DNA from: Dehalococcoidia bacterium
Lineage (GTDB): Bacteria > Chloroflexota > Dehalococcoidia > Dehalococcoidales > Fen-1064
Direction: 5' to 3'
Assembly: GCA_011171075.1 (NCBI GenBank)
Contig: DUFD01000025.1
Location: forward strand, 30,281-94,280
DNA length: 64,000 bases
Shown: piece by piece, positions 19,388 through 28,467 of the stretch
Position numbering within the stretch: the stretch's first letter is position 1
How the letters are laid out: each line of letters begins with the position of its first letter
Position numbers and translations under genes: made by a program
Notes under the pieces: generated by a model
What the model saw: only the letters and a program-made list of their open reading frames with translations
Told to the model about the DNA's origin: nothing
The model's database searches: none

Positions 19388-20929
19388 TCAGGCCCTTTTC
19401 ATCTGCATAATTATTCCGCGCATCTCTCCCGCCAGTATTTTCATATCGCGGAACGATAAATAGTCCCGGTAAAACAACCCGATTACGAAGCCCCATACGA
19501 CAACCTGGGCTGCTAATGATATCCCGGTGAAGGTCCAAACGTTAGAAATCGCTGAGTCGAGGTAGCTGTGGATGAAGTAGAATGGGACTGTTATTGCGAA
19601 AGGTACCAGGATTCTAGTGACAAACCTGACGAACTCATTAGTATCCGTGAAAATGTAACTCCTGATAAAACGATACAACAGGAGTGTCACCAGGCCTTGC
19701 GTGCAGATAGTTACCCAGGCAACGCCGACCACGCCGTACCCGAGGTTGATTACGAGAATATTGAAGGCTATATTTAATGCCAGGCCGATTGAGTAAAGCA
19801 GTAAGAAGACGCTCTGCTTATTTATTATGCTCGAGGTCAGGATAACTGCCGGAATTATAGAGGCGGAAGCAAGATACAGATTGTACGAGAGTACGTGAAA
19901 TATGGGTATGCTGCTGGCATATTGGGTAGTTATCAGGCTGGCTATCAGATAAAAAACAACTTGTGAAACAGGGACAAGGATAGCGGTACCAAGGGTTATA
20001 TAGATGGCTATTCGTTTCAGGTCTTTAAAGCCTTCGTAGATGCTCTCAGCCTTTCCCGCTTCCTTCCATAAGACCGGTTGAAGTACGTTGCCAAACTCGA
20101 CGGGGATGTTGAACACCAGCATGATAAATCCCATAGCATATACGTAAAATCCCAGCTGGTCGAGGGGGAGTGTTGAGGCTATAATTGTTCTATCCGCCAG
20201 TCGAAATCCCCAGTATACCAGCGTCCCTGCCTGAAGGACGACGCCAAATTTCACCAGCCTGTGGGTTTCTTTCCAGTCCAGTCGGAAACGGAATTCGATT
20301 GGCCCTTTTCGCCAGTAATAAATACCCATAGCTATGGCCGCTCCTATCGGTGCAATTAACAATGCATAGACCTTCAGCCAGTGTATGCAGGCCAACGTTA
20401 GCAGCGGTATCGCGATGCCGGCGATGAGCCTCCCCTTGGCGGCTACATTGAAGTTCTGCCTCAGGAAGTTTACGCCCGCCCAGTAATTTACAAAACGGTT
20501 GGTGATAAAGCTGACTGCCACGATAATCAGGCCGAATTTCAGGAGTGGTTCTGAGTAAAAGAAGGAGACCCCGAGGAGGACAGCAAACGGCAATATTGAA
20601 TACAGTATGTCTGAAGTAATGGAGATATTCTGTATTCTCAGCGCTTCTTTTTCCTCACCCTTTCCTAGGAGTACCGGCACTTCTCTGAAGCCAGCGCTGG
20701 TAAGCCCCAGACCCACAAAACCGGCATACATCAGCCACAACCCCAGGAAACCATACGTCCCGTATTCCTCCGGCGCCAGTATGGTCGCCACGTATATGGT
20801 TACCAGCATTGACATAAGTGCATAAACAATCTGCACCGAACTGAATTTCAGAGAGTTTTTAGCTATATTTATGATGCTTATTGCCATTTGACTATCAGAA
20901 TCCTGCCCAAGGTTGTTTAAGTCATACAA
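19388..20929 (-). CDS. wzx: Wzx-type polysaccharide flippase (MOP/PST superfamily)
   Basis: 513 aa with about 12-14 hydrophobic helices seen by eye. The position within the glycan operon supports the call. Confidence 0.7.
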   Translation of the reverse strand: MYDLNNLGQDSDSQMAISIINIAKNSLKFSSVQIVYALMSMLVTIYVATILAPEEYGTYGFLGLWLMYAGFVGLGLTSAGFREVPVLLGKGEEKEALRIQNISITSDILYSILPFAVLLGVSFFYSEPLLKFGLIIVAVSFITNRFVNYWAGVNFLRQNFNVAAKGRLIAGIAIPLLTLACIHWLKVYALLIAPIGAAIAMGIYYWRKGPIEFRFRLDWKETHRLVKFGVVLQAGTLVYWGFRLADRTIIASTLPLDQLGFYVYAMGFIMLVFNIPVEFGNVLQPVLWKEAGKAESIYEGFKDLKRIAIYITLGTAILVPVSQVVFYLIASLITTQYASSIPIFHVLSYNLYLASASIIPAVILTSSIINKQSVFLLLYSIGLALNIAFNILVINLGYGVVGVAWVTICTQGLVTLLLYRFIRSYIFTDTNEFVRFVTRILVPFAITVPFYFIHSYLDSAISNVWTFTGISLAAQVVVWGFVIGLFYRDYLSFRDMKILAGEMRGIIMQMKRA

Positions 20930-20950
20930 TTCGATTTGGTCACTTATCTG

Positions 20951-21997
20951 CTACAGCTTACCGGCAATTACTCTAATACATGTTCCTTCGCTTCCATATT
21001 GAAAATCATCTGATGATAGGAACTTAAATACATTCTGAGTAGAGAAGAGTTTCCCATATAATTTTTTGAGATACTCCTTCGGAGGTGATTCCGGAAACAG
21101 GTTTGAAGTAATTCTAGATATCCTGTTTAGCCTGCCGTCAGCAGGTTCTTGTTTCCCTCCATTGCGAGTGCTCTTAATATATTCTTCCCACCATTCGGAG
21201 TGTTTTTGGCTGCAGCAGCCCATGAATCTTAGATTGAGTCCGGATTTCTCCAGCGCAGTCCTGAGGCTCGTTTCGTTGAAGAAGGAAAGGTGGGGAGCGT
21301 CATTATACCGCATGTTTCGGCGAGTGATCAGGTCAGAGTTTGGCACCTCACATAAGAATATCCCGTCATCAGTAAGAAGAGTCTGAATGTACTGCAAAAC
21401 AGGAATAATCTCATCACCGTTGTAGTGCTCTAGGAGATGCGACATCAGGATGAAATCAAACCTTTGCGAACCGAAAACCGGGCCTGAATACCGGTCAAAA
21501 TATATAGGGTACAGTTGTACGCCAAGAGACTTCAGAGTTGGATGGGAGAATTGGTCGGGTTCAACCGCAAAAAGGCGCATCTTTGGCAGGAGTTTCCGGG
21601 CAATCCAAAATGATATGCCTCTTCCGCAACCGATATCTAATAGGGTATCGTTTTCTTTAAATTCCTTAAAGGATTTTGCCAGTAAGATTTGTGAAATAGG
21701 TCTCGGTTCGAGCGAAAAATCGCTGTAATTGCTTACTGTGTTTCTGACGTGGTAGGCAGAGTGGGTGTCTCTATAGACATCTGAGTAAAATTTATCCAGC
21801 CTTGTTTTATCAATAGATGGAAGTGCCCAGCCAAAACCGCATCTTTTGCAAACGTGTATTTTAAGGTCCGAAAAGATGTCCTGGGCCACCTCGTTAGTAG
21901 CGAACTCATAATTCATATATTCGATGGAAAAGCTTACATCCTTTTCAGATGAGCAAATCGGGCAAAAGGAATTCTCATTACCCATAAGAATTAGCAT
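20951..21997 (-). CDS. SAM-dependent methyltransferase with N-terminal Cys4 zinc ribbon
   Basis: CPICSS...CKRCGF ribbon, motif I LLDIGCGRGISF and FDFILMSHLLEH. Confidence 0.8.
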   Translation of the reverse strand: MLILMGNENSFCPICSSEKDVSFSIEYMNYEFATNEVAQDIFSDLKIHVCKRCGFGWALPSIDKTRLDKFYSDVYRDTHSAYHVRNTVSNYSDFSLEPRPISQILLAKSFKEFKENDTLLDIGCGRGISFWIARKLLPKMRLFAVEPDQFSHPTLKSLGVQLYPIYFDRYSGPVFGSQRFDFILMSHLLEHYNGDEIIPVLQYIQTLLTDDGIFLCEVPNSDLITRRNMRYNDAPHLSFFNETSLRTALEKSGLNLRFMGCCSQKHSEWWEEYIKSTRNGGKQEPADGRLNRISRITSNLFPESPPKEYLKKLYGKLFSTQNVFKFLSSDDFQYGSEGTCIRVIAGKL

Positions 21998-22034
21998 CCT
22001 CCATTATTTCTGGTGCCCAGTAACCCGTCTGTAA

Positions 22035-24047
22035 TCAGCGTTTGTCATTTATCATTTTAAGAATAATGTCGGCAATGTTCTGTGTGGCCCTGCCATCAAT
22101 CGGTCCGGCGCAGCGGCTGACGAATTCCCTCCGGCTTTCAGTTAATTTAGTTCGCTGCGAGTCGTTCGCTAAGACCTCTAGAATTACTGGAACAAGCTCC
22201 TCTTTTCTTTCTACCTTGAAAGCCGCCCCCTCCTGGGCATAGGGGACTACTTCGGGTCTGCCGGTGGGGTTGTAGATCACGACGTCTTTATTGAAAATCA
22301 TGGCTTCCAGAGCACTGGATGAACTGTGGGTCAGTAAAATGTCCGCTGCTGGGAGTTGGTGAATCAGAGGGATGTCCGAATACAGGATATTGCCCTGTCG
22401 TGCATCTCGAACAACCTGCCTGATATCCTCGGGATGTCTATCGCCGGGATGGGGACGGACGATGAGATAAAGTTGAGGAAGAGCGGCTACCCCCTCGATT
22501 ACGTCCTTCAGGTGTTGTATTATCTCGTCTCTAGTCTGCACTATGTAAGGGTGCCGGGTCTCCCGATTGCTGTGGTCCAGAGCGTATAAGATGACTTTCT
22601 TATCCGGCGGAATCCCCAGGTGGCGGCGTATGGAACCGTTGGAATGGTCGGCTACGCTCCGGTAATCATCAAAATCACTACAGGAAGCGACCTCCACCCT
22701 ATCCAGGGGTGTTCCCCAGATGGTAAACCAATCCTTCGAGGCATCGCCCCAGGCCTCTATCTTGTCGGCGACTGGAGGTACCAGCACCTTCCCGAAAGCC
22801 TCCGAGGCTTCAGGAGTGAAATAATCAACGCCGTGATGGAGTACCAGGGTTTTCTTGCCCCGGTTTTGAAGTGTTCTCATCATGGTACGTACTACCGGGT
22901 CTGCATCTGAAGGTGAGACAAGGACGTCAAGTCCTGTTCTGGTAATCATCTCTTTGATGAGCTCCATGCCGCGGACAACCAGGGGCAGGTATATATCGAG
23001 AATATACTCCAGTTCCTTTCTGGCAACTGCCCAGAAATTAAAACCGTTGTAGCAGAATGTATTTTCCAGATAGCTCACCACCTTGGCCTGGTTTATAATG
23101 TCACGGAAAACGGCTCTTTTCGCCTCGATGAGACGGTTAATCTCTGTGGTGCTGAAGGATTCCAAATATAGCTGTGGTAGGAAGCTCATCATGCGTCGCT
23201 TTTCACCTGGTCCTGCTAGGCAGACTAGACCGTTGTCGGCATCTTTTTTTAAATAGTCGGCGATATTTACCGCGCAGCGTAGCTCCGTAAAGGCTATTTT
23301 GCGTTTTTTCCGGGAAAACCTTCTTGCGGGACGGTGGGCGGTCCACGAGCAAAAACAGAAATTCCGTAATCGCTGCAGGTCACGCCGAATCTCCCGTGGT
23401 AAATTGCCGGAGAAAAATGTCCCTTTATAATTTGCCAATGTCTTTGTGGCAAAATTCAGCACCCGTCGCCGGAGTGGTGCGGAAAGGGCGACCTTTCCCG
23501 TCAGGTATTTTCGGCTCAAGTGTATTGGGTGAGTCCACTCTAGAGAGACGCCCTTTTCGCGAGATAGAGAGCTGACGATGAAGCTGTCCTGTCGTCCCAT
23601 ACAGGTAATGCTGATTGTCTCTGCCTCGGACGCCGGTCTTTTCGTAATAACAACCTTGTCAGGCCTTTCCGTCTCAAAGATACCCTTGTATAGCTCAACA
23701 TCCAGGAAGAACCCGGCAAAAGCCAACCTCAGATAGTATTCCATCGTCTCGCAGAGTGAAACCCCTTCGTGATTGAGGGCCTTTTCAAGCACTGGTTGTC
23801 TGTACCACTCTTTGGCTAGTCTGGTAGACTCGGTATAAGCCCGGTAATGCCTTTCTCTGGTGAGGTAGTCGATGGTGGTCTTGAAAGGTATACCTTGTTG
23901 CTGGCAGGCCCTCTGAGCACTGTATTCGGTGGCAATCACCACCGCCTGACAGTCCGGTCTCTGGTCATAGTCCCGGATTTTGTCCAGTTGAGACAGTACC
24001 TCCGTGTCTGCTGAACAGATAAATGCAATTTTCTTCGTTGCTGCCAT
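22035..24047 (-). CDS. Hypothetical 670-aa protein; the C-terminal half resembles a GT-B/TagF-like transferase domain
   Basis: Long ORF in operon context. C-terminal pattern KKVILYALDH...LIVRPHPGD...ADILLTHSSSSALEAMIFNKDVVIYN. No confident family call could be made. Confidence 0.5.
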   Translation of the reverse strand: MAATKKIAFICSADTEVLSQLDKIRDYDQRPDCQAVVIATEYSAQRACQQQGIPFKTTIDYLTRERHYRAYTESTRLAKEWYRQPVLEKALNHEGVSLCETMEYYLRLAFAGFFLDVELYKGIFETERPDKVVITKRPASEAETISITCMGRQDSFIVSSLSREKGVSLEWTHPIHLSRKYLTGKVALSAPLRRRVLNFATKTLANYKGTFFSGNLPREIRRDLQRLRNFCFCSWTAHRPARRFSRKKRKIAFTELRCAVNIADYLKKDADNGLVCLAGPGEKRRMMSFLPQLYLESFSTTEINRLIEAKRAVFRDIINQAKVVSYLENTFCYNGFNFWAVARKELEYILDIYLPLVVRGMELIKEMITRTGLDVLVSPSDADPVVRTMMRTLQNRGKKTLVLHHGVDYFTPEASEAFGKVLVPPVADKIEAWGDASKDWFTIWGTPLDRVEVASCSDFDDYRSVADHSNGSIRRHLGIPPDKKVILYALDHSNRETRHPYIVQTRDEIIQHLKDVIEGVAALPQLYLIVRPHPGDRHPEDIRQVVRDARQGNILYSDIPLIHQLPAADILLTHSSSSALEAMIFNKDVVIYNPTGRPEVVPYAQEGAAFKVERKEELVPVILEVLANDSQRTKLTESRREFVSRCAGPIDGRATQNIADIILKMINDKR

Positions 24048-24084
24048 CTATGCCTCTGAATACAGGTATAATGTGCCACCCATC

Positions 24085-25032
24085 TTAAGTGGCTTTCTTG
24101 CCTAGAAAAACGGTAATATCTCCAAGATTATGGCTATTAAGAAGCGCCTTGTATTCTTTATCTACCTTCTTAATCCATTTATTGAATATGGCTCTTGTTT
24201 CATCGGGCACCTGGGGAGACCTGACCAAAACGGGGGCAGACATACCGTCGCTGGCACTGCTTTGTGGTTCTCCGGTCAGTATCCAGTTTATCTGGTTGAT
24301 GAAATTGTATTGCTGAAGTGTCTTTGTCTCCCCAATAAAACCGCTTTTCTCGACGACACCTCTCAGTGTTTCAGGCGAAAAATAGAAAAGGTGCGGCTCA
24401 CGATAGTAGAAGTCGGCGTATTCCTTCACTTCGTAAACGGTGAGCAATGAATCATCTATGTTGTCAACCTCGATATAGATATACCCCCCGGGTCTAATAT
24501 ACTTACGTACCGCCCCAAGATAATTAATCGGGTCTTCGATGTGTTCGAGTACATCGAGCATAAATACTATGTCGAAGTATTCCAGGGGTACGTCCGTCTT
24601 TTCCAGGGGGCGGTTATAGACTTTTACCCCACATTTCTTTCTGGCAAACTCGACGTCATCTTTATTTAGCTCGATACCGACGCACTCCTGAACCAGATCT
24701 TTCAGAGCGTATAGAAAGTAGCCTGAAGAGCAGCCAATGTCCAGGGCTTTCATGTCAGGGTTAAGATAGGGTCTAATATCTTCTATGCGGGACTTCTGAA
24801 AAGGAAGATATATCTCAAAACGTTCGGCCGGCGAGACTTCCTGGTTGATTACCGGACTGTAAAGTTTTCTGTAGTCCTTTTCGTAGTATTCTCTGAGATT
24901 TCTTTCTTTATTCTCTAGGAAGACAAGCCCGCATTCTGCGCACTTGAGAACATTGCGTTTGATGCCGTGTCTTAGCTTGGTCTGGATTATCTTCAGGTTA
25001 GACCTGCCGCATAAATAGCAAGTGTTTTCCAT
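24085..25032 (-). CDS. SAM-dependent methyltransferase with N-terminal Cys4 zinc ribbon
   Basis: CYLCGR...CAECGL ribbon, motif I ALDIGCSSGYF and FDIVFMLDVLEH. Confidence 0.8.
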   Translation of the reverse strand: MENTCYLCGRSNLKIIQTKLRHGIKRNVLKCAECGLVFLENKERNLREYYEKDYRKLYSPVINQEVSPAERFEIYLPFQKSRIEDIRPYLNPDMKALDIGCSSGYFLYALKDLVQECVGIELNKDDVEFARKKCGVKVYNRPLEKTDVPLEYFDIVFMLDVLEHIEDPINYLGAVRKYIRPGGYIYIEVDNIDDSLLTVYEVKEYADFYYREPHLFYFSPETLRGVVEKSGFIGETKTLQQYNFINQINWILTGEPQSSASDGMSAPVLVRSPQVPDETRAIFNKWIKKVDKEYKALLNSHNLGDITVFLGKKAT

Positions 25033-25131
25033 GCTTTTAGATTCCTATAGAATACTCTTCAGCATTTTCTTGTTGTTCAAACACCTTAATCAGTTCAACC
25101 TTCCATGTTTTGGAAAATATAAATCTGCTGC

Positions 25132-25791
25132 TTACTGTGTCTCCTTCTCCGCCCAGCTCAGCAGCATTACCTCTTTAGAGAATTTTATTAATTTGATATC
25201 TGACTTTGGGAAACAGGACAGCACTCTGGAAAAGATGCTTAACCACGGATATTTCCATAGAAGCGGCAGTTGTCTGAATTTCTTCACCTCCACCTTGGTA
25301 AAGCCAAATATATGATGAATATCGCGTAGTGATTCTTTGGTGAAGGGTGTCTTATGTGTATAGTCTTCGTAGAAAGTCCTGTAGACTGATTCCCAATCTG
25401 GCGTCATCGTAATCAAACGCCCTCCGGGTCTAAGAACGCGGTATACCTCTGTCATAAGGTTTTCAGGATTGTTCAAATGCTCAATCAATGATTTACTAAA
25501 CACGATGTCGAAGCTGCTGTCTTCGTAAGGTAGCCTTTCTTGATCAATATCTATAACGTCAACCTCTATATCTATTGATAGCTCCCTGGCTTCTTTTGAC
25601 AAATCAATTCCTCTAACCTGATACCCCAGCTTCTGAAATTCACGTAGGTGCTCCCCCCGCCCACACCCTATATCCAGTACTGTCTTATAACCACCACTAA
25701 AATAGTTATCGGCAATGTATTTACATAGTTTACCTGGATAAGAGGTATAGGGCCTTTGCTTTTCAGAATAGACTACGCGTAAATATCCCAC
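25132..25791 (-). CDS. Class I SAM-dependent methyltransferase
   Basis: Motif I VLDIGCGRGEH, FDIVFSKSLIEH and LRPGGRL. Confidence 0.85.
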   Translation of the reverse strand: MGYLRVVYSEKQRPYTSYPGKLCKYIADNYFSGGYKTVLDIGCGRGEHLREFQKLGYQVRGIDLSKEARELSIDIEVDVIDIDQERLPYEDSSFDIVFSKSLIEHLNNPENLMTEVYRVLRPGGRLITMTPDWESVYRTFYEDYTHKTPFTKESLRDIHHIFGFTKVEVKKFRQLPLLWKYPWLSIFSRVLSCFPKSDIKLIKFSKEVMLLSWAEKETQ

Positions 25792-25830
25792 TCTATATTC
25801 TCCTTGGTACTCGTCAGCATTTCCTGTTGG

Positions 25831-26292
25831 TCAAAGCACCTCAACCAGTTCAATACGTGCTCCGTCAGGGTCGGCACAGAAGGTGACCTTGGCGTAGCCA
25901 TCGGGTGAAATATAAGGGGAACAATTAAAACTAACCCCGCTTTTTAACAGTCGTGCGTATTCCTTTTCAATGTTATCCACGGCAAAAGCGACGTGGGAGC
26001 AGCCGATGTCACAGAGCTGCTGGTTATCAGGCGCTTCGCTCGGGTGGGAGAGATATTGGAGGAGTTCAATCATGGAGCCGTCATCGGTGGTCAGCTTGAC
26101 CATGCGCACTCGCACGCCGGTCAACCCTGATATGCTATCGATATAGTCACCTTCCTCGCTGAAGTCCTTAACCACCTTCAGGCCCAGGAGGTCGCGATAA
26201 AACGTTAACGCCTTCACCATATCAGTGACCACGATTCCGGTGTGACGTATTCCGGTGAGCACTTTCTTTTTCCTTTCAGTCCAGGCATTCAT
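25831..26292 (-). CDS. VOC (glyoxalase/bleomycin-resistance/dioxygenase) family protein
   Basis: HTGIVVTDMVKALTFYRDLLGL...SHVAFAVDNI...DPDGARIELVE. The internal ATG at 26292 is preferred, giving a 17-nt overlap with the upstream gene. Confidence 0.7.
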   Translation of the reverse strand: MNAWTERKKKVLTGIRHTGIVVTDMVKALTFYRDLLGLKVVKDFSEEGDYIDSISGLTGVRVRMVKLTTDDGSMIELLQYLSHPSEAPDNQQLCDIGCSHVAFAVDNIEKEYARLLKSGVSFNCSPYISPDGYAKVTFCADPDGARIELVEVL

Positions 26293-27664
26293 CAATAGCT
26301 TCCTGCAAAACGGCCACACCCTCGATGACAGCCTCCTCGGGAATGCTTAGTGGCGGCCCAATCTTAAGCGTGCCGCGACCGGTACGGACCATCAGCAGAC
26401 CTTTCTGCATGGCCTTCTCCAGGACTCTGTCCGCAAGCTCTATATCCAACTCATCTGTCACCGGGTTCGCCAAGTGTACTGCGTAAAGAAGCCCTCTACC
26501 CAGTATGCAGTGTATTCGGTCTGGGTAACGCTGTTTAATATTCATCAGATGCGATTCTAGAATGCCTCCGGTTCTATTGGCTGCGGCTACCAGATTTTCC
26601 TTTTCGATTGCTTCGAGGTTGGCCAGGGCAGCCGCACAGCAGAGGGGATTTCCGCTGTGAGTGCTGCTCAGGTCAGGAGGGATGTCCAGTATTTCTGACC
26701 GGCCAAGCACTGCCGAAAGTGGCAGGCTTGAGGAAATGCCCTTACCACAGCAGACAAGGTCGGCCTCCACGCCATAGTGCTCGAAGCAGAATGGTTTGCC
26801 CGTCCGACCAAACCCCGCCTGGACCTCGTCAAATGTGACCAGAGCAAAGTGCGCATCAGCCCAGGCACGAAGCGCCCTGATATAGTCGTCCGGATAGAAT
26901 ATGGCGCCCCAGGCAAGATACGATTCAACCATGAACCCGGCTATCCGGTTGAGTTCGAGGCCTTGATTACGGAGTTGCTCCAGGCCTCTCTGAAAGCACC
27001 ACTCCCCGCACTCTTTATAGCGTTCTCTACCCCAGGGACACCTCTGGCAAAAAGGAGCAGTAAGCTGGTATATATCGGGGTCGAGATGGACAATCCACTC
27101 TTTGGCGGTTGGGTTTCCGCTCATTGTCTGCGCCCCGATGGTTCGTCCGTGAAACGAACCGTCGAAGGAGACGATGACAGTCTTGTCGGGGTCGAGCCGC
27201 CGTCCATACATACGGGTCAACTTCAACGCGCATTCGGTGGCTTCACTCCCTGTCGAGAGAAGAAAGGCTTTTTCCAGTGGTGGAGGGCTGCTTTCAACCA
27301 GCTTCCGGGCCAACCGGGCGCGAATCTCCGATGCGAAAGTGTAGTTATGGAGGAGCCGGTGGTTTATCTGTTCCGCCAGGGCGTGGCGAATCAGATGGTG
27401 CGCGTGCCCGGCATTGGCGACGAAAATGCCCGAGGTGAAATCTATCCAGCAGTTACCGTAGGCGTCAAACACCTGATGTCCCTCGGCCCGGTCCCATACC
27501 ACGGGCAGCTCGTGGTGCAGTGACTCCGGTTCGTAGCGTTCCAGTTCTTTCAGAGTCGGTATTGAACCCGGGGCTGGAAGTGGGGTTACGATTCGCCGGT
27601 GGCGCGTTTCCACCCGCGGTACACCCACTGGCTCAAGACTGAACGTATATTTTGTCATTTTCAA
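26276..27664 (-). CDS. Class-III (ornithine/GABA-type) PLP aminotransferase
   Basis: DFTSGIFVANAGHAH, SGSEATECALK and FDEVQAGFGRTG are hallmark class-III motifs. Confidence 0.8.
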   Translation of the reverse strand: MKMTKYTFSLEPVGVPRVETRHRRIVTPLPAPGSIPTLKELERYEPESLHHELPVVWDRAEGHQVFDAYGNCWIDFTSGIFVANAGHAHHLIRHALAEQINHRLLHNYTFASEIRARLARKLVESSPPPLEKAFLLSTGSEATECALKLTRMYGRRLDPDKTVIVSFDGSFHGRTIGAQTMSGNPTAKEWIVHLDPDIYQLTAPFCQRCPWGRERYKECGEWCFQRGLEQLRNQGLELNRIAGFMVESYLAWGAIFYPDDYIRALRAWADAHFALVTFDEVQAGFGRTGKPFCFEHYGVEADLVCCGKGISSSLPLSAVLGRSEILDIPPDLSSTHSGNPLCCAAALANLEAIEKENLVAAANRTGGILESHLMNIKQRYPDRIHCILGRGLLYAVHLANPVTDELDIELADRVLEKAMQKGLLMVRTGRGTLKIGPPLSIPEEAVIEGVAVLQEAIDECLD

Positions 27665-28403
27665 TATCTCTCGCCGGAAAATTGCATTTTAGATATTCAT
27701 ATACCGGGTTCTTCTGTTTGCTCAGGGTATATTCGATGAAATCGAAGTCTTCAGGGCGGTCCAGTTCCCCGACATCCGGTGTAATAAAGGAGAGTATTCT
27801 CGGGCCGTGTAAAGTCCCCAGATTCGTTACGGTCTGGCTCTTTACAATGTCCACGTACCCATTGGGATGATAGACCGGCGGGAAGGCCTGCCGGGGCAGA
27901 TTATAGTATTCGGGTCTCGGGTCGTCGGGAAACAGCCCCACGTAATAGTCGTTTTCGATACCAAAGAGTTTGTAGGGGGACTCTGCGGTCTCACAGGCAG
28001 AGCGGAGGGATGTTGCCTCCTCGTTCCGCATTATCTTGTCAATCGCCTCATCAATGAGGGCTGGGTCTCGTAACGGTGTCGGTGGTGAGAGGATAACGAG
28101 GTATTCCGGTTGGGCCCCTTCGTGAGTCTGGAACCAGCCGAGAGCGTGCTTGACATATTCTATGTCGAGTGAGCTATCTCGTGAGATTTCGGTGGGGCGG
28201 AGGAAAGGGACTTCTGCCCCATAGGTAAGGGCTATTTCGGCAAATTCCTGAGAATCGGTCGAGACTATCGTCCTTTCGATTCTCGAGGACAGTCTTGAAG
28301 CGATTATTGAGTAGGCAATCAGCGGATAGCCCGCTAAGGGTTTGATATTCTTCGCGGGGACCCCTCTACTGCCACTCCTTGCCGGTATCAGGCTAATAAT
28401 CAT
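27633..28403 (-). CDS. Acylneuraminate/ulosonate cytidylyltransferase (NeuA/CMP-sugar synthetase family)
   Basis: The N-terminal signature IISLIPARSGSRGVPAKNIKPLAGYPLIAYSI is typical of CMP-NeuAc/CMP-Kdo-type synthetases. Confidence 0.8.
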   Translation of the reverse strand: MIISLIPARSGSRGVPAKNIKPLAGYPLIAYSIIASRLSSRIERTIVSTDSQEFAEIALTYGAEVPFLRPTEISRDSSLDIEYVKHALGWFQTHEGAQPEYLVILSPPTPLRDPALIDEAIDKIMRNEEATSLRSACETAESPYKLFGIENDYYVGLFPDDPRPEYYNLPRQAFPPVYHPNGYVDIVKSQTVTNLGTLHGPRILSFITPDVGELDRPEDFDFIEYTLSKQKNPVYEYLKCNFPARDIENDKIYVQS

Positions 28404-28467
28404 TGCTCAGCCCTCCAAGAACCTTGAAGACCCGGTAGCTCATCTGGTTTAATATAGTCCGTCCTCG

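Noticed and set aside
26777-27523. 248-aa ORF antisense to the class-III aminotransferase.
   Set aside because: The opposite strand has clear PLP-enzyme motifs. The antisense translation has no family resemblance.
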